Part shown: one piece after another, positions 29,037 through 36,847 of the stretch
Layout of the letters: every line of letters starts with the position of its first letter
Position numbering within the stretch: the first letter of the stretch is position 1
Assembly: GCA_002254665.1 (NCBI GenBank)
Contig: NJDP01000001.1
Location: forward strand, 1-45,651
DNA length: 45,651 nt
Direction of reading: 5' to 3'
From: Desulfurococcales archaeon ex4484_58
GTDB lineage: Archaea > Thermoproteota > Thermoprotei_A > Sulfolobales > Desulfurococcaceae
Translations under genes and position numbers: made by a program
The notes under the pieces: model-generated
The model's database searches: none
What the model saw: the letters and a program-made list of their open reading frames with translations, nothing else
Told to the model about the DNA's origin: nothing

Positions 29037-29765
29037 TCACTCCATATCACTACTACATCTCTCCAATCCAAGACCCAAAATTTTATCTCTAAGCTCAGAT
29101 ATAGCTTCTGTATAGAGCCTTATACGCGTCGAACCGGTTCTACGGTCGCGTAGCTCTACATATCTCCTTTTAGCATCGTATTCGAAACAGTACCTACTAC
29201 TAAACTCTATGAAAAACTTATCATTCAAAACCAGTCCTCTACGATATAATATGAAGTTTTGAGGCAACATTATATTAGAAGCTTTAATCCTCCTTGTAAC
29301 AAGTATACGGAGCAATGTCAATAAACCAAACACAAACTCATACATAAACAGATATGCTAAAAACCTTACAACTAACTCGTCTTCAAAGAGTTCTTTCAAA
29401 TATATAATTGATACAGGTAATATAACGTTATTATAGAACGGAAATATTATGAATACTAGAAAAGACAAGAGGAGAAGACTCATAGAAGCTGTTGCTTGTT
29501 TCTTTAACTCCTCCGTCAACGCGGTATCAAACATAGCGATCTTAATGGCATTCCTCTCCTTAAACAATGGTGAACCGAGCTCTCTCTGTGGAGGGATCTT
29601 CATCATAGAACGTGAACTCCTAAACATAAAACCCATCATCACTATGAAATAGATTATAAATACGAATAAGTAGTATTGTGGTATGAATGTGGTAACTAAA
29701 GTAATAAACAATATGCTAACCTGACTGATCAAAATCATTGAACGACGAGATGGTTGCCTCATCAT
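29037..29765 (-). CDS. hypothetical membrane protein (about 4 TM)
   Basis: Long ORF with hydrophobic segments. Confidence 0.5.
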   Translation of the reverse strand: MMRQPSRRSMILISQVSILFITLVTTFIPQYYLFVFIIYFIVMMGFMFRSSRSMMKIPPQRELGSPLFKERNAIKIAMFDTALTEELKKQATASMSLLLLSFLVFIIFPFYNNVILPVSIIYLKELFEDELVVRFLAYLFMYEFVFGLLTLLRILVTRRIKASNIMLPQNFILYRRGLVLNDKFFIEFSSRYCFEYDAKRRYVELRDRRTGSTRIRLYTEAISELRDKILGLGLERCSSDME

Positions 29766-29839
29766 CCTCGATCACTTTAATACCGATTCGAAAATATTAG
29801 TTATTGTTATAAAAACCTATAAAGATATAGTTTTCTAAG

Positions 29840-29890
29840 ATGATGAATCGCCACTAGCAGATGTATGGTGAAGAAGGTCCGTGTTACTGA
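29840..29890 (+). ncRNA. C/D-box sRNA candidate s4
   Basis: C AUGAUGA (29840-46), 11 nt, D' CAGA (29858-61), 6 nt, C' GUGAAGA (29868-74), 12 nt, D CUGA (29887-90). Intergenic. Confidence 0.65.
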
Positions 29891-29902
29891 ATATGGGAGG
29901 CG

Positions 29903-29954
29903 ATGAAGAAAAAATCTTACCAGAAAATAGAGTGAAGAAGTTATCCCCGACAGA
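29903..29954 (+). ncRNA. C/D-box sRNA candidate s7 (in tandem with s4)
   Basis: C AUGAAGA (29903-09), 11 nt, D' CAGA (29921-24), 7 nt, C' GUGAAGA (29932-38), 12 nt, D CAGA (29951-54). The D guide AGUUAUCCCCGA is complementary to the conserved LSU rRNA sequence CGGGGAUAAC (from memory). Confidence 0.45.
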
Positions 29955-29991
29955 GCCCCGCCTCAACATCTCTATCAAACTAGAAGTTCCC

Positions 29992-30519
29992 ATGCATATT
30001 TCAACAACAAAGATCGAGAAAATAGCTAGATTAAAATATGGTTGGAAAACACAGTTGATATCAACATATACCATAGAAGTACTGATCACAACAAACCCAA
30101 ACAATTACCCATTAGTTTTCCAGAAAATAAAAGAGTTCATCAATGAAATACCCAGAGAAGTACTACTATGTATAAGTTACTGGATCACCTTAAAGATCAC
30201 AGATCATATTTACTGCCGTGAAGGAGTAAAAATTAATGAAAAAACAATTACATTAAAGAATTTAAATGAAAAAACAATCTATATCTACTGTAATATGAAG
30301 AAAAAATATATGACAATACGCTTCATAGAAGAAAAGATCACAACAATAGATCCGTTGCAGATCCCTAAATCAATATTCATAAAATGTTATTCACCAACAA
30401 CTATACATGGAGTTTTAGATAAAATAGGTGAAGAAATATATACTAACATAGAGTATGTGATGAACGCCCTATCCAAAGACTCTATAAAAGTAGAGGATGA
30501 AGAAAAGAACCCAAACTGA
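29992..30519 (+). CDS. hypothetical protein
   Basis: The ORF is open from 29881 (GTG) or 29893 (ATG), but the first ~35 codons coincide with sRNA candidate s7. In-frame ATG 29992 (MHISTTKIEK...) is therefore proposed. Confidence 0.45.
   Translation: MHISTTKIEKIARLKYGWKTQLISTYTIEVLITTNPNNYPLVFQKIKEFINEIPREVLLCISYWITLKITDHIYCREGVKINEKTITLKNLNEKTIYIYCNMKKKYMTIRFIEEKITTIDPLQIPKSIFIKCYSPTTIHGVLDKIGEEIYTNIEYVMNALSKDSIKVEDEEKNPN
30457..30519 (+). ncRNA. C/D-box sRNA candidate s5, embedded in the 3' end of the preceding CDS
   Basis: C GUGAUGA (30457-63), 12 nt, D' AAGA (30476-79), 17 nt, C' AUGAAGA (30497-503), 12 nt, D CUGA (30516-19). The UGA of the D box is the CDS stop codon. Confidence 0.45.
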
Positions 30520-30522
30520 AAA

Positions 30523-31305
30523 CTATAATACAGTAAAACCACTCTTCTCTCTTAGGAATTCACGAAATCTCTTTGCATCATCATACATATAAATATTATT
30601 AAACATTATATACGCCGTATCAAATCTGAGATCACTTAGTATTTTATAGAGTTTCTCAAAATCCTCAACATTATATTTGTATCTATAGTTAACCTCACCA
30701 TGACCTATACCATGCAATCTTGAATAAACAATACCTTCGGGGTTATGTAGGGGAGTTCTCTTAAATAGATCAGTTACATGTAATACATTATGCTCCGCTA
30801 GTATATCTTTTAAGGTATCAGTTTCTTCAGCCCACCTACCTCTAGGCTCCCATCCAACTATTATTTCCCTTGAAGAAATATTTTTCACTTCACTGAAGAA
30901 CTTCTTAACCCAAACTATAGATTCCTCATTAAAAGGCATACTCGCCGGTGTCTGAAGAACCACTATTTTTGAATTAAGAATATACATTATCTCTAATATG
31001 TTCTCAAACGCCTTAATGTTCTCATCTGTAGGTTTTAAATATCCATAATTCTCTAGGTTACCCCCTGGTTTACTACGCATCTTCTTCCATGTAGGAGAGC
31101 TTGAGGGATGAGTTATTACTTGCCAAGCTTTAACGGTGAATTCAAAATCACTAGGTGCTTCACTCCTTAATTTCTCAACCAATTCTCTCTTAGGTAAATC
31201 ATAGAAGGTATTTTGAAGCTCTACAACCTTGAATTCATTATAATATCTAGCTCTACTACGAGCAAAACCACAACATCCAATTTTAACTAAAACCATATAT
31301 TTCAA
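30523..31305 (-). CDS. DUF72 (UPF0759) family protein
   Basis: N-terminal GCCGF...YYNEFKVVELQNTFY pattern typical of DUF72. Confidence 0.7.
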   Translation of the reverse strand: MKYMVLVKIGCCGFARSRARYYNEFKVVELQNTFYDLPKRELVEKLRSEAPSDFEFTVKAWQVITHPSSSPTWKKMRSKPGGNLENYGYLKPTDENIKAFENILEIMYILNSKIVVLQTPASMPFNEESIVWVKKFFSEVKNISSREIIVGWEPRGRWAEETDTLKDILAEHNVLHVTDLFKRTPLHNPEGIVYSRLHGIGHGEVNYRYKYNVEDFEKLYKILSDLRFDTAYIMFNNIYMYDDAKRFREFLREKSGFTVL

Positions 31306-31712
31306 CCTACAATCTCATTTACTTCAACTTCCTTAACTGGTTCAAGTTTAAGTAACAGCTCCTTTAATTCACGAGCTGTTGTTATTAAAGACTTTGATAG
31401 ATCAGCCACAATATAGCATTCACCTAACTCTCCACGCTTAATGACAACACATTTTAAAGCGACAATATCCACACCCTGATCAGCTATCGCTTTAGAGATC
31501 TCTGCAACAACACCTGGTCGATCCTCCACTTTAATACTAAGTTCCATAAGCTTAGCACGATTAGGTATCGGTGAAATAAATATCTTCTTCTCATCCATAT
31601 CAGCGATCAATAGTATATTCATACCCTCATGTATACCGAATGCTTCACGAATAGCTAGGGGTATAGTGATCCTTCCCTTAGAATCTACCTTAACCAGCTC
31701 TTTAAACCTCAT
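31302..31712 (-). CDS. AbrB/SpoVT-type DNA-binding domain fused to an ACT domain
   Basis: VDSKGRITIPLAIREAFGI (swapped-hairpin motif), then the ACT-like IKVEDRPGVVAEISKAIADQGVDI. Confidence 0.7.
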   Translation of the reverse strand: MRFKELVKVDSKGRITIPLAIREAFGIHEGMNILLIADMDEKKIFISPIPNRAKLMELSIKVEDRPGVVAEISKAIADQGVDIVALKCVVIKRGELGECYIVADLSKSLITTARELKELLLKLEPVKEVEVNEIVG

Positions 31713-31808
31713 ATCATAACCCCATAGTGGGTAGTTGGTAGGATTTTATTGATAAGGCTATTTTATGAATATTGTGTTAAGACATAAAAATACCTATTCT
31801 TAAAAACA

Positions 31809-32639
31809 CTAGAAAGGATATGGGAGATGAGTCAATACTTTTACATTATAATCAGCTAATCTCCTACTCCAATTCTCCCCCAACGCAAGTATTACTATAA
31901 TATCCTCTATATTAGCACGTGCTTTCTCGATCATAGACAACACCGTGTGTAGTGTACGGCCAGTATAGACTACATCCGCTAGAACCAACACATTATCTCT
32001 CCTACTTATCAAGTCTTTATCAAGAAACAATGTTTCAGTATCCTTTGGTGAACGTGGAACTATTCCCGTATAATATTGTATACCGGGATACGCCTTCTTT
32101 TTAACAAGTATTATTGGAACATTAAGTTCTATACCAAGCATTGTAGCTAGAGGCATAACAGCTTCAGCTGTAGCAACGATCTTAGTTAGATTCTTACCGG
32201 AAAGTTTAAGTGATAAAACAATCGTTAAGAGCCTAATAACATAGGGGTCTTTAAGAACTCTCGACAAATCGATGATATTGCTTCTCTCTTGTTCAACAAG
32301 ATCCTTCAATAAATACTCTATATCAATAGATAGAGAGATCCTAGCCAAAATCCTGACGGCTTGCTCATAGCTCGGAACAATATTACCCCGCACATACCGG
32401 CATAACACGGATTCTGGAATGCCAGTTAATTTATTCAACACTTTATACGATAAGCTAGGCTTCAATAATCTAAGTACTTCATTGGCTAGTAATCTAACTT
32501 TCAATCTATTCAACTTAGAATTAGCATAGATCCTATTAAGTACGCTAATCATATCATTTACTTCATCTTCACGTGGAACCCTAATAGCTATAGTCCTACC
32601 ACGTACACTCTTCCTACTCAACTCTACACCACTTCCCAA
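31809..32639 (-). CDS. HTH domain fused to a phosphoribosyltransferase domain (regulator-like PRTase)
   Basis: HTH (LTGIPESVLCRYVRG) in the N-terminal half. PRPP-binding loop VLVLADVVYTGRT. Confidence 0.65.
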   Translation of the reverse strand: MGSGVELSRKSVRGRTIAIRVPREDEVNDMISVLNRIYANSKLNRLKVRLLANEVLRLLKPSLSYKVLNKLTGIPESVLCRYVRGNIVPSYEQAVRILARISLSIDIEYLLKDLVEQERSNIIDLSRVLKDPYVIRLLTIVLSLKLSGKNLTKIVATAEAVMPLATMLGIELNVPIILVKKKAYPGIQYYTGIVPRSPKDTETLFLDKDLISRRDNVLVLADVVYTGRTLHTVLSMIEKARANIEDIIVILALGENWSRRLADYNVKVLTHLPYPF

Positions 32640-32743
32640 AAATACTTAGGGATGATAAAGATAATTTTTAAACATTTAAATAAAAATTTATCTATACCAA
32701 GCTTAATTAAGTATATACGGTAGAATTATATATAAGTAGTAGA

Positions 32744-32803
32744 ATGGGATGAACGGGGTTTTAAGTGCAGATTAGATGAAGAAAAACCCACGCGGTGACC
32801 TAT
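32744..32803 (+). ncRNA. C/D-box sRNA candidate s6 with doubly compensated C/D boxes
   Basis: 5-bp terminal stem AUGGG/CCUAU. C AUGAACG (32749-55), 12 nt, D' CAGA (32768-71), 4 nt, C' AUGAAGA (32776-82), 12 nt, D GUGA (32795-98). C positions 5-6 (A,C) can pair with D positions 2-1 (U,G). Confidence 0.45.
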
Positions 32804-32848
32804 AAAATATTGTACTCTATATCTAGCATCGATGAAGAAATACTTACA

Positions 32849-33244
32849 ATGAATATACCACGTAATATACTAGAGGAAGTCGTTGGAGATAGCATATTCT
32901 CCGGAGAACCATACATGCTATTATGTAGGAGATGTAAGAAAGAATACCATGTATGTCTAATAATACAAGTATCACCCACAGATATAGAGGAGTACAGTAT
33001 TTTATTAAAAGGATTACTTATAACTGTAAGCAAAGATAAGCCTCTAGATAAACTTTTAGAGGAGATCTTTAAGAAAACATATACCATAAAATACTTGAAA
33101 GAAAAAATCTCCTTTTATATACCCCGTATTTATACGAGAACGCTTTATAGATACTTATGTGAAGGAGAAGATTGGAGAGAAAAAGAGATCAAAGCACTTG
33201 ATATAAAAGAGGCAATGATCTATTTCAACGAAGAGGGAGAATGA
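32849..33244 (+). CDS. hypothetical protein directly upstream of XPB
   Basis: The ORF is open from GTG 32795, which lies inside the D box of s6. ATG 32849 (MNIPRNILEE...) is preferred. Its stop lies 1 nt before the XPB start. Confidence 0.5.
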   Translation: MNIPRNILEEVVGDSIFSGEPYMLLCRRCKKEYHVCLIIQVSPTDIEEYSILLKGLLITVSKDKPLDKLLEEIFKKTYTIKYLKEKISFYIPRIYTRTLYRYLCEGEDWREKEIKALDIKEAMIYFNEEGE

Positions 33245-33245
33245 A

Positions 33246-34889
33246 TTGATCATACTCAAAGCTAAGAGATGGCTTGATAAAGAAGAATTCAAGGAAGTTA
33301 TGAGAATAGCTGATTATAATGGATATAGTAGGGATGGATCGATATTTATCTTTAATATCGATAAAGCTGTACGAAATGGTTACGGGTATGAAGATGTAAT
33401 ATCACTTATTAAAGAATATGGATTAGAAGTAGAGGATAATGGATTAGAAGAGTTAAAGAAACTCTATGGAGAGCTAAGTATAGTTATTGAATGGGATCGT
33501 GGTAGCGGCTACATTAAAGCAAGGATACCTAGAACCATATACTTCAAAGTAAAACCTATATTAATGGATTCTTCAGCAAAGTATGTTTCGAGAACAGAAC
33601 ACGAATATGTATATAGGATACTTCCATCAAAACTCTATATATTCAAGGAAAAGATCGATGGCTTGGGATTAAACGTTAATGATAGAAATAGTTTATTAAA
33701 AATAAAAAATCTTCCATACAATATTGAGCTAAGAGATATTAAGCTAAGAGATTATCAAATAGAAGCTCTTGAGAAATGGATTAAAAACAATAAACTAGGG
33801 ATAATAGCGTTACCAACGGGTTCCGGAAAAACAATAATTGGAATCGCCGCGATCACAAAAACTAATGTTAGAACATTAATAATAACTTATACACGTGAAC
33901 AAATGTTTCAATGGAGAGACTCGATTATAAGATATACTACACTAGAACCCGGTCTTGTAGGGTTAATATATAGTGAGGAAAAGAGGTTAGCACCAATAAC
34001 TATAACTACTTATCAAAGTGGATTTAGATTAATAAATGATATATCACCATATTTTAATCTCTTAATTGTTGACGAAGTCCACCATTTACCAGCTGATAAG
34101 TTTAAATACATAGCTCTACACAGTATCGCACCATATCGTATGGGTTTATCAGCTACGCCAGTACGTGAAGATGGTAAACATGAAGAACTATTCCCATTAC
34201 TCGGTGGAATAATATATTATAAAGCACCAGCTGAATTAGCTAATATGGGTTATTTAGCTAGATATAGAGTATATACTATAAAAGTAAAACCAACTATAGA
34301 TGAAGAAAAAGAATTCGAAAGACTTAGGAGAAAATATCGTTCATTAATTGGATACCAGAGTTTCCAAGAAGTACTCGAATCTGCTAGAAGAGGAGATGAG
34401 AAAGCACGTGAAGCATTAAAGATACACAGTCAAATTAGAATGTTACTTGCTAGATCAAAGTCTAAGATCGATAAAGCAGTGGAGATCGCTGAAAAAGAAC
34501 TAGCCAGAGGATCAAAGATCATAATTTTCACCCAATACGTTGAACAAGCGAAAGAGATCAGTAAAAGATTAAACGCCTATCTGTTAACGGGGGAAGTACC
34601 AGTCGATATTAGGAGAAGAACATTAAATAGATTCAAAGAAGAGTCTAGCGGTGTATTAGTAGTTACAACTGTAGGTGATGAAGGTCTAGATATACCGGAT
34701 GCCGATGTTGGAATAATAGTTTCAGGGACTGGTTCACGTAGACAATTTATCCAAAGACTGGGCAGGATCCTAAGACCTAAAGAAAAAGGAAAAGAAGCTA
34801 GATTATATGAAATAGTATTAGCTCGAACACCCGAAGAATACCATTCGAAGAAGAGAAAGAAGATCGATTTAGATGAATTCCTAGCCTAG
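33246..34889 (+). CDS. xpb: XPB/Rad25-type SF2 DNA helicase
   Basis: Motif I LPTGSGKT, motif II DEVHH, SAT, the RED motif (VREDG) and motif VI QRLGRILR. Confidence 0.85.
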   Translation: MIILKAKRWLDKEEFKEVMRIADYNGYSRDGSIFIFNIDKAVRNGYGYEDVISLIKEYGLEVEDNGLEELKKLYGELSIVIEWDRGSGYIKARIPRTIYFKVKPILMDSSAKYVSRTEHEYVYRILPSKLYIFKEKIDGLGLNVNDRNSLLKIKNLPYNIELRDIKLRDYQIEALEKWIKNNKLGIIALPTGSGKTIIGIAAITKTNVRTLIITYTREQMFQWRDSIIRYTTLEPGLVGLIYSEEKRLAPITITTYQSGFRLINDISPYFNLLIVDEVHHLPADKFKYIALHSIAPYRMGLSATPVREDGKHEELFPLLGGIIYYKAPAELANMGYLARYRVYTIKVKPTIDEEKEFERLRRKYRSLIGYQSFQEVLESARRGDEKAREALKIHSQIRMLLARSKSKIDKAVEIAEKELARGSKIIIFTQYVEQAKEISKRLNAYLLTGEVPVDIRRRTLNRFKEESSGVLVVTTVGDEGLDIPDADVGIIVSGTGSRRQFIQRLGRILRPKEKGKEARLYEIVLARTPEEYHSKKRKKIDLDEFLA

Positions 34890-35594
34890 AAACAGATCTG
34901 TTATCAACCAAACAATATATTCTCGTAAACTATAACAGTTTTTTAAAACATTAATCTCAACCAATCTATTGCTAGGTTTAAAGATAACTAAGGGTTTTAT
35001 CTCCCCCTCCAATCCACAAATATAACTTAAAACATGTACCATTGGTTTATACTTGATAGAATCTCTTAAAGCTTTACGATAAATGTTATCATTAAAACTC
35101 TTCCTACTATAAACCCATTGATAAGGAGCATTTACATGATCCAGTACAATCAATTCCCTACACACGATCTCCCCGTTTAAACACTTATAAACGACTCTAT
35201 AACCATTAACATTTATCTCTCCATCTAAACATTTGTTTAGAACATCCATAATAGATGATAATTTATTAATGTACTCCTCTAAATTTACACTAGTACAATC
35301 AATCCAAGCATCCCTAACCACAACATATATGTCTAGCTCAGGAAACCCTCTACTCAATTCACCGATAAGGTCTTCCGGTATATCTAACAGTATGAATGAA
35401 TAATAAGAAACCCCGTAATATTGTGGAGTATTAACAGCTCTACCATAAACTCTACCAAGAAAATAGCTTGGATAAGAAACTATCCTTAGATCCTTCAACC
35501 CTTTATCTTCTAGAAACCTTAGAAACTCTATATAACGGTGAATAAGCAACTTATATGGTTCAATAATATATGATCCATTAGGAACCCTAACCAT
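34881..35594 (-). CDS. hypothetical protein, 237 aa
   Basis: Long ORF convergent with XPB (9-nt overlap). No family recognised. Confidence 0.5.
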   Translation of the reverse strand: MVRVPNGSYIIEPYKLLIHRYIEFLRFLEDKGLKDLRIVSYPSYFLGRVYGRAVNTPQYYGVSYYSFILLDIPEDLIGELSRGFPELDIYVVVRDAWIDCTSVNLEEYINKLSSIMDVLNKCLDGEINVNGYRVVYKCLNGEIVCRELIVLDHVNAPYQWVYSRKSFNDNIYRKALRDSIKYKPMVHVLSYICGLEGEIKPLVIFKPSNRLVEINVLKNCYSLREYIVWLITDLFLG

Positions 35595-35668
35595 TACTAA
35601 ATAAACCTCTATAAAAATAGTTTTTAAACAATACTTATGTAACTCTAACTAAAATAGATGTTTTAACG

Positions 35669-36007
35669 GTGGTAAAAAATATGGAGAATGAAGAAAAGTT
35701 TAAGATAATAAAGTATTTTGAGGGAGAAGCTAAAATTGGAGAAGTTCTTCAAGGGTTCGAGAATCTAGTGATCAAACCAGAGGATCTAGCTAGTCCAGTT
35801 TCTTTCCAAATGGCAATAACTAGAATGATCGATACATTGATGAAGAGTATGTCAGAGGGTACTAAGAAGAAGTATATTGCTGAGATAAGGTTTAAAGATA
35901 GTACAGGTAACCCGGTTATAGTAGCAGTTGATCTTGGAGAGAATAAACCATTATTTACAAGTGATAAAGTGAAAGCTAGAATTTTGATCGAATTATATGA
36001 GGAGTAG
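35669..36007 (+). CDS. hypothetical protein
   Basis: ORF of 112 aa. ATG 35681 is the likely start. Confidence 0.45.
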   Translation: MVKNMENEEKFKIIKYFEGEAKIGEVLQGFENLVIKPEDLASPVSFQMAITRMIDTLMKSMSEGTKKKYIAEIRFKDSTGNPVIVAVDLGENKPLFTSDKVKARILIELYEE

Positions 36008-36317
36008 AGGGTTCTTTTTGAACAGAGAAGATTGTGGACGTTGGAGTAGATTATTGAAAAAGAGAGAACTACTAGCATATTATAGATTGTGTAGAGAAGA
36101 GAGTGAATGGAATATAGGCGAGGCAGTTGATCAGTTATGTAAAGAACTATTATTTACACGTAGAGTTTCTTTCTCGATCATTCGAAGATTGAAGAGAATA
36201 GGTTTATTAGTTCAAATAGATCATGTAAGATTCAGATGCGTTCCATTCACAAATTATATTGAAGAACTCTATAAGAATTATATTTGTAAGAAAAGAAGAC
36301 GATTAAAGACGGCTTAA
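35997..36317 (+). CDS. small winged-helix (wHTH) DNA-binding protein
   Basis: The segment EAVDQLCKELLFTRRVSFSIIRRLKRIGLLVQ looks like an HTH recognition helix plus wing. Confidence 0.45.
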   Translation: MRSRGFFLNREDCGRWSRLLKKRELLAYYRLCREESEWNIGEAVDQLCKELLFTRRVSFSIIRRLKRIGLLVQIDHVRFRCVPFTNYIEELYKNYICKKRRRLKTA

Positions 36318-36380
36318 CGCCAAGTTATTAAAAATACCTGTTTATTTTATATTCTATCCCTTATCTCTATGTTGACTTAG

Positions 36381-36680
36381 TTACTCTTCTTTAACCTTCA
36401 TCTTTATCTCAATGATACTTACTCTAGTCTCACGTCCAGCAGGGTTTGTTACTGTTTGACTCCCAATCTTAATGTCTTCAATATCAACTTTACCTGGCAA
36501 GAACCTGTTTCTAACGATCTCTACAGTATCTACAGCTTTACTGATAGCTCTACCACGAGCTTTTACAACAATGTCTTTGACACCCTGATGTATTAGAGTT
36601 AATACCGCTATTACATAGTTCATAACCGGTTTCTTACCAACTAAGACTGTATTTGCAGCTTGTGGCTCGGCTTCAGCCAT
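36381..36680 (-). CDS. albA: chromatin protein Alba (Sso10b-type, paralog 1)
   Basis: [14 protein letters not shown]...[22 protein letters not shown]. Confidence 0.9.
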   Translation of the reverse strand: MAEAEPQAANTVLVGKKPVMNYVIAVLTLIHQGVKDIVVKARGRAISKAVDTVEIVRNRFLPGKVDIEDIKIGSQTVTNPAGRETRVSIIEIKMKVKEE

Positions 36681-36847
36681 TTCACGATCACCTAGGTTTT
36701 ATTGCTTATATATCGATTAATCTAACTAATCAAAGTGTGTATATAAAAGCTTTTCTCTTATACCACGATAGTTTCCCAGTGATACTTAGTCTCTTCTTTT
36801 TAAACAATACAGACCTCTCCTATCCTTACAACGAGGGATTAGTAGTT

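Noticed and set aside
29540-29600. Minus-strand AUGAUGA followed 11 nt later by CAGA, inside the membrane-protein CDS
   Set aside because: No C' or D box follows. Half a motif within a coding region is compatible with chance.
32795-33244. The small protein upstream of XPB, or the convergent 237-aa protein (34881..35594), as the XPB partner nuclease Bax1
   Set aside because: Both are much shorter than Bax1 as I remember it, and I saw no nuclease-like motifs. They remain hypothetical.
36653-36847. N-terminal 65-aa extension of reverse gyrase given by the ORF track
   Set aside because: The extension is antisense to the albA 5' end and promoter region and has no reverse-gyrase similarity. The conserved N-terminal zinc finger begins right after ATG 36848.
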